A stretch of DNA of 64,000 nt from an uncultured Oscillospiraceae bacterium (GTDB taxonomy: Bacteria; Bacillota; Clostridia; RUG12999). Location of the stretch: NCBI GenBank assembly GCA_964418245.1, contig CAYQKW010000001.1, positions 1,101-65,100 of the forward strand, read 5' to 3'. The translations under genes were made by a program, and so were the position numbers. Below the pieces are notes generated by a model. That model was not told where the DNA came from. It was given only the letters and a program-made list of their open reading frames with translations, and did no database searches. Positions 1 to 7,987 of this stretch are shown here, piece by piece (within the stretch, counting starts at the first letter, position 1; every line of letters begins with the position of its first letter).

Positions 1-249
1 GTATACGCAACACTTTTCGGAATAGGCGAACGGGTTATAAAACAGCTCAAAACGGTATATCCCGAAAAAATTCCGGAAATCGAGAGTTATAACAGAAATG
101 TGATTATAGCTTCGTCATATCATCGCAGTATGTATATGTCTTCGCAGAGAGCTATTCAGGAACGAAGAACAAGCGGCGGGGGCGGCAGAGCATCAATCGG
201 CGGGGGCGGAGGTTTTTCCGGCGGCGGTTCGGGCGGTGGCTCAAGATAA
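1..249 (+). CDS. 3' end of a gene truncated by the window edge; Gly-rich C-terminal tail (DUF2207/TPM-like membrane protein?)
   Basis: Frame 1 is open from nt 1 to TAA at 247-249. The translation ends ...QERRTSGGGGRASIGGGGGFSGGGSGGGSR. The family guess is from memory only. Confidence 0.45.
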   Translation, partial: VYATLFGIGERVIKQLKTVYPEKIPEIESYNRNVIIASSYHRSMYMSSQRAIQERRTSGGGGRASIGGGGGFSGGGSGGGSR

Positions 250-307
250 AATTGTTACTTTTTTTGAACAGAATATTAAAATAAGATAAAAAACGGAGGA
301 ATTTATT

Positions 308-787
308 ATGAAAAAATTATTTGCACTTATGGTTACGGTTGTTATGTCTTTTGCATTTTTAACAGGATGCGGAAATCCTGTTTTCGATGATTTTGAAAAT
401 TTTCTCAATGTTGAAATGAAAGAAATTAACGCGAATTACGATGTAATAACCGAAGAAACGGGAAAATGGGAAAATATCGAAGAAGATGCGGAACTTTTGT
501 CGAGTTTGCAGGATGTTTTGATTCCGACAGTGGAAGATTCACTCAACAAACTCAAAAACGTTACAGCCGAAACAGATGAAGTTAAAGCATTAAAAGATAA
601 ATATGTAAAAGTGATGGAAGCCTATAAAGAAGGATTTGACGGCATTCTTGCGGGACTCCAAGAAGCTGATGAAGATAAACTGAATGCCGGAACCGCAAGA
701 GTGGAAGAAGGACTTAAATTGCTGGATGAATATAACGAGGGATTAGAAGAATTGGCAAAAGAGGTGGATGCGGAAATCGAATATTAA
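308..787 (+). CDS. Lipoprotein, acidic helical, unknown function
   Basis: GGAGG RBS upstream of the ATG. Signal peptide with lipobox FLTGC (MKKLFALMVTVVMSFAFLTGCGN). Confidence 0.8.
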   Translation: MKKLFALMVTVVMSFAFLTGCGNPVFDDFENFLNVEMKEINANYDVITEETGKWENIEEDAELLSSLQDVLIPTVEDSLNKLKNVTAETDEVKALKDKYVKVMEAYKEGFDGILAGLQEADEDKLNAGTARVEEGLKLLDEYNEGLEELAKEVDAEIEY

Positions 788-827
788 TTCGATGAACACA
801 GAAAACGGTTAGTTTGAAAATATTATT

Positions 828-858
828 GGGCGGACAGTGATGTCCGCCCACTGTTTTA
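828..858 (+). terminator. Rho-independent terminator
   Basis: GGGCGGACA-gtga-TGTCCGCCC perfect 9-bp stem followed by actgtttta. Confidence 0.7.
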
Positions 859-972
859 TCTCGGTTTGTTAAATATTTGTTTCTGTGATGCCGAACCGAT
901 GTGCCCGGCGATATGTGCTGATTCGGTTTCTGTAAAAAAATCTGTGTTTTTTTATTTTTATCTTTGAATGTG

Positions 973-1001
973 TTGACTTTTGAATGAAAGTGTGGTATAA
1001 T
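973..1001 (+). promoter_or_regulatory. Sigma-A type promoter of the first GRM transcription unit
   Basis: TTGACT (973-978), 17-nt spacer, TGg-TATAAT (TG at 993-994, -10 at 996-1001). Confidence 0.6.
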
Positions 1002-1264
1002 AAATCTACGGATTAAATAAGCGTCTGCGGACGCAGGATACAAGGTAGATTTATTGATACCGTTTTTATGAATGCAAACCGCTTTGCGGTGCATAAAGGC
1101 AATTTAAATTGGTGGAGCGAAGCGAGAAATCACGGCGAATCCGATTTATGACAACAATAGTTGTCAAATCATTTAAAATGACGGCAGTTGAATTATTTGC
1201 CGATTTTATATCGGCATGTATGCGATTGTGATAAAATAATAAAGGTATAATGCGAGAGGTTTAT
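1002..1264 (+). promoter_or_regulatory. Long structured 5' leader (unclassified cis-regulatory RNA candidate)
   Basis: About 260 nt lie between the -10 box and the ATG at 1265, with at least 5 hairpins. Two of them (1182-1202 and 1199-1215) share nucleotides and are mutually exclusive. I recognise no known riboswitch consensus. Confidence 0.35.
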
Positions 1265-2113
1265 ATGTATAATGTAAAATTATGTCTGGGGACAAGCGAC
1301 CAATTCGGAATAACGGTAAAAGAACAGATAAAATTGTTTAAAGATACGGGATTTGAAGCTTTTTTCGTAAATTGGAGCAAAGGCGAAAATATATCCGAAA
1401 TAAAAGAATATGCGGATTCTCTCGGAATGATTTTTCAGTCTGTACACGCTCCGTTCGGAAAATCGGCGGATATGTGGACAAGCGGAGAAAAAGCAACGAT
1501 TGCCGTTGAAGAACTTTCGGAATGTCTTGCGGATTGTGCCGCAAACAATGTGCCGATTATGGTATGTCATGCGTTTATAGGTTTTGAGGAACACAGCCCA
1601 AGTGAAGTCGGTGTTGAAAATTATCGTAAAGTGGTGGAGAAAGCGAGAAAACTCGGTGTAAAAATCGCATTTGAAAATACAGAGGGTGAAGAATATCTTG
1701 CCGCTTTGATGAAAGCTTTTGATGATTATGAAAATGTTGGATTTTGCTGGGATACAGGACATGAAATGTGTTATAACCGTAGCTGTGATATGATGGAACT
1801 TTACGGAGAAAAAATCATATGTACGCATTTGAATGATAATATAGGAATAAAAGATTACGACGGAACAATTTTCTGGACTGACGATTTGCATTTGCTGCCG
1901 TTTGACGGTGCTGCCGATTGGAAAAATATCGTACACAGACTCAATAAATATAATTATAATGATATACTTACGTTTGAACTTAATAAACTCAGTAAACCGA
2001 ACAGACACGAAAATGACGTGTATGATAAAATGACGATTGAAGAATATATTTGCGAAGCATATAAACGTGCTTGCAAAACGGCGATGCTTAAGACAAGAGA
2101 TTCAAAAGCATAA
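1265..2113 (+). CDS. Sugar phosphate isomerase/epimerase, xylose-isomerase-like TIM barrel (AP endonuclease 2 fold)
   Basis: Family-typical motifs: SVHAPF, CHAF, AFENTEGE, WDTGHE, THLNDN, TFEL. I prefer the start at 1265 (GAGAGG RBS at 1254-1259) over the track start at 1250. Confidence 0.85.
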   Translation: MYNVKLCLGTSDQFGITVKEQIKLFKDTGFEAFFVNWSKGENISEIKEYADSLGMIFQSVHAPFGKSADMWTSGEKATIAVEELSECLADCAANNVPIMVCHAFIGFEEHSPSEVGVENYRKVVEKARKLGVKIAFENTEGEEYLAALMKAFDDYENVGFCWDTGHEMCYNRSCDMMELYGEKIICTHLNDNIGIKDYDGTIFWTDDLHLLPFDGAADWKNIVHRLNKYNYNDILTFELNKLSKPNRHENDVYDKMTIEEYICEAYKRACKTAMLKTRDSKA

Positions 2114-2146
2114 AACGGATTAAAAAAACAAATTTGGTGAATTAAA

Positions 2147-2875
2147 ATGAAACTTATATTTTGTGACCTTGACGGCACGCTGCTGTTTTCAAACAGCAAA
2201 ATACAGCTGCTGCGGACAAAACAACTGCTGCCGAAGCTTAAAGAAGCAGGATATATATTTTGCGTATCGAGCGGACGAGCGTATTTTGAATTGAGAAATT
2301 TTTTCGATGATGCCGATATATATTATTGTGCAAGCGACGGTGCCATATGTGCCAAATCAAAAACAACGCTTTTTGAATTTCCGATAAATAAAGAAGATAT
2401 ACCGAATAATCTGACGGATTTTGCGGCATACGGAAAAGGTATCGCATATGTTAAATCGCATAACGAATATCTGATAAGAAAAATAAAAAAAGCATATAAC
2501 GGATTTATATGCGAAATTTCCGATGTATCTGAGATTAAAGAGAATGTGGCAAAACTTGCACTGTTCGGCAGTAAAATGAACAGTGAATCAAAAAATAAAT
2601 TTAATATTATATATGATAAAAACGGAATTTCGGAACTTGTATCCAAAGGCACCGATAAAGCACGGGCGGCACGTGAGCTTGCCGAAAGGCTTAATATTAA
2701 GCGTGAAGATGTGCTGGCGTTCGGTGATAACGAGAATGACATAAGTCTGTTTGAGTTTGCCGGAAAAAGTTTTGCGGCACCCGGAGCGAACATAAAAGTC
2801 AGACACGCCGCAGATAAGGACTGCGGAAGCGTGTCGGGGGAATTATATAAATTGATTTGCGGAAAGGATGATTAA
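2147..2875 (+). CDS. Cof-type HAD-IIB phosphatase
   Basis: N-terminal FCDLDGTLL nucleophile motif; C-terminal GDNENDISLF motif. The stop codon overlaps the start region of the GRE gene. Confidence 0.85.
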   Translation: MKLIFCDLDGTLLFSNSKIQLLRTKQLLPKLKEAGYIFCVSSGRAYFELRNFFDDADIYYCASDGAICAKSKTTLFEFPINKEDIPNNLTDFAAYGKGIAYVKSHNEYLIRKIKKAYNGFICEISDVSEIKENVAKLALFGSKMNSESKNKFNIIYDKNGISELVSKGTDKARAARELAERLNIKREDVLAFGDNENDISLFEFAGKSFAAPGANIKVRHAADKDCGSVSGELYKLICGKDD

Positions 2876-2876
2876 T

Positions 2877-5378
2877 ATGAAAATAAACGAGGAATATAAA
2901 AATATTGAAAAATCACCGAGAATAGACAGGCTTATTTCGGCACTTTTCGAGAAAATGCCCGAAATTGAAGCGGACAGGGCAGAGCTTATAACCGAATCTT
3001 ATAAGCAGACGGAGCATTTGCCGATAATCACAAGACGTGCGAAAGTATTTGCGCATATACTCAAAAATATACCTATTACAATACGTGAAGATGAACTTAT
3101 CGTGGGCAGTGCAACCAAAGCTCCGAGAGGCTGTCAAACGTTTCCCGAATTTTCATATTCATGGCTTGAAGATGAGTTCGATACGGTAAGCACACGAAAC
3201 GCAGATCCGTTTTATATATCGGAAGAAACAAAAGCACGACTTAAAAAAGTATATCCGTACTGGAAAGGCAAAACAACAAGCGAACTTGCCACAAGTTATA
3301 TGGCTCCCGAAGCAAAACGTGCAATGGAACATAATATATTCACAACCGGAAACTATTTTTACAACGGTGTCGGTCATGTTACGGTTGTTTACGGAAAAGT
3401 GCTTGAAAAAGGCATGAACGGCATTATTGCCGAAGCAAATGCGGAACTTGAAAAATGCAAACCGGAAAATCCTGATTATTTTGAACGTTCAACGTTTTTG
3501 GAAGCGGTTATAGAAAGCTGCGAAGCCGTTAAAATATATGCCGGCAGATATGCGCTTTTGGCACTCGATGAGGCAAAAGAATGCCGTGACGAAAAAAGAA
3601 AAGCCGAACTGCTGCAAATTGCGGAAAACTGCTCAAAAGTACCGGCAGAGGGCGCAAAAAATTATTATGAAGCCTGTCAGTCGTTCTGGTTCATACAGAT
3701 GCTTTTGCAGGTTGAATCAAGCGGACATTCAATTTCACCCGGCAGATTTGATATGTATATGTATCCGTATTTGAAAAACGATACGATAAGCAAAGAATTT
3801 GCACAGGAACTCACGGATTGCATATGGGTTAAATTGAATGATTTAAATAAGGTCAGAGATGCGGCATCCGCAGAGGGATTTGCGGGATACAGCCTTTTCC
3901 AGAATCTCATAGCCGGCGGACAGACAAAAGACGGCAGAGATGCCACAAACGAACTTTCGTATATGTGTATTCAGGCAACAATGCACGTACTTCTGCCGCA
4001 GCCGTCGTTCTCGGTGAGAGTACATAACGGCACACCGCACGATTTTCTGCTTAAAGCGGCGGAACTCACAAGAACCGGTGTGGGACTTCCGGCATATTAC
4101 AACGATGAAGTTATAATTCCGGCACTTATAAGCCGTGGTCTTACAATGGAGGATGCGAGAAATTACAATATAATCGGATGTGTTGAACCTCAGGTGTCGG
4201 GAAAAACGGAGGGATGGCACGATGCGGCATTCTTTAATATGTGTCGTATTTTGGAACTTGTATTCTCGAACGGAGAAGATAACGGCGTAAGAATTTCTCC
4301 GGAAACAGGTGACGTAACAAAAATGGAAACATTTGAAGAATTTTTCGATGCATATAAATCACAGATGAATTATATGATTAAAATGCTTGTTAATTCCGAT
4401 AATGCCATAGATAAAGCCCATGCGGAACGCTGTCCGCTGCCGTTTGAATCGTGTATGGTTGAAGATTGTATAAAACGAGGAAAACCTGTTCAGCAGGGCG
4501 GCGCAATATATAATTTCACCGGACCTCAGGGCTTCGGAATAGCCAATATGGCGGACGGACTTTATGCGGTTAAAAAACTTGTTTACGATGATAAGAAAAT
4601 AACAATGGCGGAACTTAAAGATGCGCTCGAAAACAATTTCGGCAGAGGCGTGAACGAAAAAGAAAGCATTGAAATCACGGCAAGAATCGCAAGTGAACTT
4701 GAAAAATCGGGAATCACGGCAGATGAAAAGGTGATTTCGGGTATATATAACAAAGTAAGCGGCGAATCCGAAAAATATGATTATATTCTTAAACTTATAG
4801 ACGAACTTCCGAAATTCGGAAACGACATAGACGAAGTTGATGAACTGGCGCGTGAAGCGGCATATACATATACGCGTCCTCTCGAACAATATAAAAATCC
4901 GAGGGGCGGAATGTTCCAGGCAGGACTTTATCCGGTATCGGCAAATGTGCCGCTCGGTGCACAGACGGGTGCAACTCCGGACGGAAGGTTTGCATATACG
5001 CCGGTTGCGGACGGTGTTTCGCCGTGTTCCGGAAAGGACGTGAACGGTCCTACGGCGGCGGCAAATTCGGTGGCAAAACTTGACCACGGCATAGCATCAA
5101 ACGGAACTCTGTTCAATATGAAATTCCATCCGTCGGCACTTTCGGGTCTCAGTGGCTTGAATGCATTTGTAAATCTCATAAGAGGATATTTTGACCAAAA
5201 GGGTATGCATATGCAGTTTAACGTTGTAAGCCGAGAAACACTGCTTGATGCGCAGAAACATCCGGAAAAATATAAAAGCCTTGTTGTACGTGTTGCGGGA
5301 TACAGTGCGTTGTTCACAACTCTTTCAAGGTCTTTGCAGGACGATATTATAAGAAGAACGGAGCAAACTTCGTTTTAA
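2877..5378 (+). CDS. Glycyl radical enzyme, diol-dehydratase-like (1,2-propanediol/glycerol dehydratase clade candidate)
   Basis: C-terminal glycyl radical motif VVRVAGYSALF. Thiyl loop GCVEP with Glu at Cys+2 and Asp at Cys+14 (WHDAA). NGVGHV His about 268 residues upstream of the Cys. This spacing matches my memory of B12-independent glycerol dehydratase (His164/Cys433/Glu435/Asp447). Start 2877 preferred (GGAAAGGA RBS); 2868 is the alternative. Confidence 0.93.
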   Translation: MKINEEYKNIEKSPRIDRLISALFEKMPEIEADRAELITESYKQTEHLPIITRRAKVFAHILKNIPITIREDELIVGSATKAPRGCQTFPEFSYSWLEDEFDTVSTRNADPFYISEETKARLKKVYPYWKGKTTSELATSYMAPEAKRAMEHNIFTTGNYFYNGVGHVTVVYGKVLEKGMNGIIAEANAELEKCKPENPDYFERSTFLEAVIESCEAVKIYAGRYALLALDEAKECRDEKRKAELLQIAENCSKVPAEGAKNYYEACQSFWFIQMLLQVESSGHSISPGRFDMYMYPYLKNDTISKEFAQELTDCIWVKLNDLNKVRDAASAEGFAGYSLFQNLIAGGQTKDGRDATNELSYMCIQATMHVLLPQPSFSVRVHNGTPHDFLLKAAELTRTGVGLPAYYNDEVIIPALISRGLTMEDARNYNIIGCVEPQVSGKTEGWHDAAFFNMCRILELVFSNGEDNGVRISPETGDVTKMETFEEFFDAYKSQMNYMIKMLVNSDNAIDKAHAERCPLPFESCMVEDCIKRGKPVQQGGAIYNFTGPQGFGIANMADGLYAVKKLVYDDKKITMAELKDALENNFGRGVNEKESIEITARIASELEKSGITADEKVISGIYNKVSGESEKYDYILKLIDELPKFGNDIDEVDELAREAAYTYTRPLEQYKNPRGGMFQAGLYPVSANVPLGAQTGATPDGRFAYTPVADGVSPCSGKDVNGPTAAANSVAKLDHGIASNGTLFNMKFHPSALSGLSGLNAFVNLIRGYFDQKGMHMQFNVVSRETLLDAQKHPEKYKSLVVRVAGYSALFTTLSRSLQDDIIRRTEQTSF

Positions 5379-5387
5379 GGAGTAATT

Positions 5388-6176
5388 ATGCAGGATTATT
5401 ATAATGAAAAAGGAAGAATTTTCGATATTCAGAAATTTTCCGTTCACGACGGGCCGGGTATACGGACCATAGTTTTTCTTAAAGGTTGTGCAATGCGATG
5501 CCGCTGGTGCTGTAATCCGGAATCGCAGAACGGCGGAATTGAAATTATGAATATGGACGGAAAAGAGAAAACCGTCGGCGAAGACATAACCGCGAAAGAA
5601 GCTATGGAACTGGTTATGAGTGATATGGTTTATTACCGACGTTCGGGCGGAGGACTCACGCTTTCGGGCGGAGAGTGTTTACTGCAACCCGATTTTTCCG
5701 CGGCACTCCTAAGGATAGCAAAAGAAAATGGAATATCCACGGCGATAGAATCTACCGCAAACGTTCCGCTTGAAAATATAGAAAAAGTTTTGACGTATCT
5801 TGATGTGTTTTTGATGGACATAAAAAATATGAACAGCGAAAAACATAAAATGTTTACGGGAATCGGAAACGAAAGAATACTTGAAAATGCGAAAATAACA
5901 GCGAAAAAAGCGAATAAACTTATTGTTCGTGTTCCGGTTATACCGACGTTCAACGCAACCGATTCGGAAATATCAGAGATAGCAAGGTTTGCGGCATCGC
6001 TTGATAACGTAACGGAAATTCATCTGTTGCCGTATCATAGATTGGGGCAGGATAAATACCGCTGGCTTGGCAGAGAATATGCCCTTGAGGGAATATCTCC
6101 GCCGGGAGACGAACTTATGAACAGATTTTTGAAAATTGCCGAAGGCTTTGGGCTTAAGGCACAAATCGGAGGGTGA
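5388..6176 (+). CDS. Glycyl radical enzyme activating enzyme (radical SAM), short PflA-like form
   Basis: CAMRCRWC = CX3CX2C. GGLTLSGGE SAM motif. N-terminal FSVHDGPGIRT motif. Only 5 Cys in 262 aa. Confidence 0.93.
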   Translation: MQDYYNEKGRIFDIQKFSVHDGPGIRTIVFLKGCAMRCRWCCNPESQNGGIEIMNMDGKEKTVGEDITAKEAMELVMSDMVYYRRSGGGLTLSGGECLLQPDFSAALLRIAKENGISTAIESTANVPLENIEKVLTYLDVFLMDIKNMNSEKHKMFTGIGNERILENAKITAKKANKLIVRVPVIPTFNATDSEISEIARFAASLDNVTEIHLLPYHRLGQDKYRWLGREYALEGISPPGDELMNRFLKIAEGFGLKAQIGG

Positions 6177-6178
6177 AT

Positions 6179-6541
6179 ATGGATTTGTTTGACAATAAAG
6201 ATAAAATGCGTATTGTTCAGGAACTCGTTCCGGGCAAGCAAATAACGCTTGCTCATATAATCGCAAATCCCGACAGAATATTATATAAAAAATTGGGACT
6301 TGACCCGAATGCCGAAATGTCCGCAATAGGCATCATAACGATGTCGCCGGCGGAAACCGCAATAATCGCGGGTGATATTGCAATCAAATCTTCGGGAGCG
6401 GAAATCGGTTTTGTTGACCGTTTCAGCGGTACTCTCATAGTGACAGGCAGTGTGTCGCAGGTTCAGACGGCGGTTGCAAGCGTAACCGAATATTGCCGTG
6501 ATACGCTTAAATTTACGGTGTGTGAGATAACAAAAACATGA
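6179..6541 (+). CDS. pduU: Circularly permuted BMC shell protein (PduU/EutS-like)
   Basis: RIVQELVPGKQITLAHIIANPD...IGFVDRFSGTLIVTGSVSQV matches the EutS/PduU pattern. GGAGGG RBS; alternative GTG start at 6173. Confidence 0.85.
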   Translation: MDLFDNKDKMRIVQELVPGKQITLAHIIANPDRILYKKLGLDPNAEMSAIGIITMSPAETAIIAGDIAIKSSGAEIGFVDRFSGTLIVTGSVSQVQTAVASVTEYCRDTLKFTVCEITKT

Positions 6542-6963
6542 GAACGATAATTTTTATGGGGAGGAGCGAAAGCGGAAAAACTTCGCTCACACAAGCAATT
6601 TTAACCGGTAAGGTTGAATATAACAAAACACAGTATATAAATTATTATAACGGCATCATAGATACGCCGGGCGAATATGCCGAAAATAAAATTCTCGGGC
6701 GCGCGCTGGCACTGTATTCTTACGAAGCCGATGTTGTGGGATTGTTGCTTTCGGCAACCGAACAATATTCTTTGTTTCCGCCGAACATAACGTGTATGAC
6801 AACTCGTGAAGTGATAGGCATTGTGACAAAGATAGACCGCGGCGATGCCGACTCGGAACGTGCGGAGCGTTGGCTCAGACTTTCAGGTTGTGAAAAAATC
6901 TTTAAAATAAGCAGCAAAACCGGCGAGGGTATTAATGATTTGATTGATTATTTAACAAAATAA
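6538..6963 (+). CDS. pduV: EutP/PduV-family small GTPase
   Basis: P-loop GRSESGKTS and the DTPGEY motif. The ATGA start overlaps the upstream stop. Confidence 0.85.
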   Translation: MRTIIFMGRSESGKTSLTQAILTGKVEYNKTQYINYYNGIIDTPGEYAENKILGRALALYSYEADVVGLLLSATEQYSLFPPNITCMTTREVIGIVTKIDRGDADSERAERWLRLSGCEKIFKISSKTGEGINDLIDYLTK

Positions 6964-7003
6964 TGCAGATACGACCGCAGACGTGACAGAACGGAGAAAA
7001 AAT

Positions 7004-7783
7004 ATGAAAATTATTATAAGAGTTATGACAGCTAATATTTGGGGAAATTATTTTAATAATCCTGTTTCGGTAAGAGAAGACGGCTTAATAACGGTGTTCG
7101 ATAAATATTCACCCGATGTGTTGGGATTACAGGAGGTTATGGATGAATGGTATAAAAGTAAAATGTTTCCGCAACTTGCCGAAAACTATAATCTGTTCGG
7201 TACGGAAATGTTTAACTCCAATATATTTGTTCCGATGGCGGCACGAAAAGAATTTAAAATTCTTGCAAAAGGATTTGAATATTTTACGGATACACCGGAT
7301 GCTTCAAAATCGGTAGACTGGGCGGTTCTCGAAAATAACGGAAAAGTATTTGCCGTATGCAACACACATTTTTGGTGGATGACGGGAGAAGAACACGATA
7401 AAATAAGAGTAATAAACGCAAAACAAATTTCAGCACTTATGAAATATCTTCATGAACGCTTTAATTGTCCCGTATTTGCTTTCGGTGATATGAATACAAC
7501 AATTTCGAGTGATGTTTTTAAAGTTTATGAGGAAAACGGAATAAAACATCTTTATGACATTGCGGAAGAAAAAGATGATATTACTTCGCATCACGGTGAC
7601 CCGATAAAAGATGAAAACGGAAAATTCCACGGAAAAACTTCGGATAATGACCATACATATTCGATTGACCATATTATTGCACTCGGCGACGGATTTGAAG
7701 TTAAAGAATACAGAGTTGTAACAGACCAAGAAGTTCTCGATGCAACGGATCATTCTCCGGTGTATGCCGATATTGTGCTTTGA
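7004..7783 (+). CDS. Endonuclease/exonuclease/phosphatase (EEP) family protein
   Basis: EEP motifs: LGLQEV, NTHFWW, FGDMNT, and SIDHII...TDHSPVYADI at the C-terminus. Start taken at the ATG after a GGAG RBS; the track start is a GTG at 6983. Confidence 0.8.
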   Translation: MKIIIRVMTANIWGNYFNNPVSVREDGLITVFDKYSPDVLGLQEVMDEWYKSKMFPQLAENYNLFGTEMFNSNIFVPMAARKEFKILAKGFEYFTDTPDASKSVDWAVLENNGKVFAVCNTHFWWMTGEEHDKIRVINAKQISALMKYLHERFNCPVFAFGDMNTTISSDVFKVYEENGIKHLYDIAEEKDDITSHHGDPIKDENGKFHGKTSDNDHTYSIDHIIALGDGFEVKEYRVVTDQEVLDATDHSPVYADIVL

Positions 7784-7847
7784 TAGCGGATAAAAACCAA
7801 ATCCAACAAAAAACAACATAAAAAAAGAAAAATAAACAAAAAACCTA

Positions 7848-7876
7848 TTGACATTTCATTTGTTTTGTGGTATTAT
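7848..7876 (+). promoter_or_regulatory. Sigma-A type internal promoter ahead of the aldolase-to-pduL unit
   Basis: TTGACA (7848-7853), 17-nt spacer, TGg-TATTAT (7871-7876). Lies in the 204-nt gap after the EEP gene. Confidence 0.55.
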
Positions 7877-7987
7877 ATCAGTAGGGGAATTTGCGGAAGT
7901 TATAAAACGCAAAATATAAAATGTATATAATAAAAATTTTATTATAAATAAAAAAGCCGAAAGGCTGAAAATAAAGGAGATAAAAAA

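Noticed and set aside
971-1001. Near-identical promoter strings at 971-1001 and 19250-19280 (GTGTTGACTTTTG...TGTGGTATAAT), considered as a possible dispersed repeat or shared operator.
   Set aside because: The shared bases are exactly the -35, TG and -10 consensus positions, and the 11-nt spacer cores differ completely. Convergence on the sigma-A consensus explains it.
1069-1152. 27-codon ORF in the GRM leader (MNANRFAVHKGNLNWWSEARNHGESDL), considered as a possible leader peptide.
   Set aside because: No RBS precedes the ATG, and the tandem Trp has no obvious link to the operon's function. It is more likely incidental.
1280-2008. Long antisense ORFs opposite real genes. Examples: 1280-2008, 4359-5087, 10761-11507, 14633-15331, 16242-16829, 25524-26243, 31138-31854, 35150-35761, 49587-50132.
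   Set aside because: Their translations are low-complexity, Cys/Phe/Arg-rich shadow sequences with no RBS. The opposite strand encodes proteins with unmistakable family motifs.
2877-5378. GRE as choline TMA-lyase (CutC), isethionate/DHPS sulfo-lyase or hydroxyproline dehydratase.
   Set aside because: - There is no long CutC-type N-terminal extension.
- No Arg/Gln pair appears where I remember the sulfonate-binding residues of IslA (about 20-25 residues after the NGVGH His; here the sequence is EANAELEK).
- The locus context (class II aldolase + ADH + AldDH + PduL) fits a diol dehydratase best.
- This is not formally excluded without an alignment.
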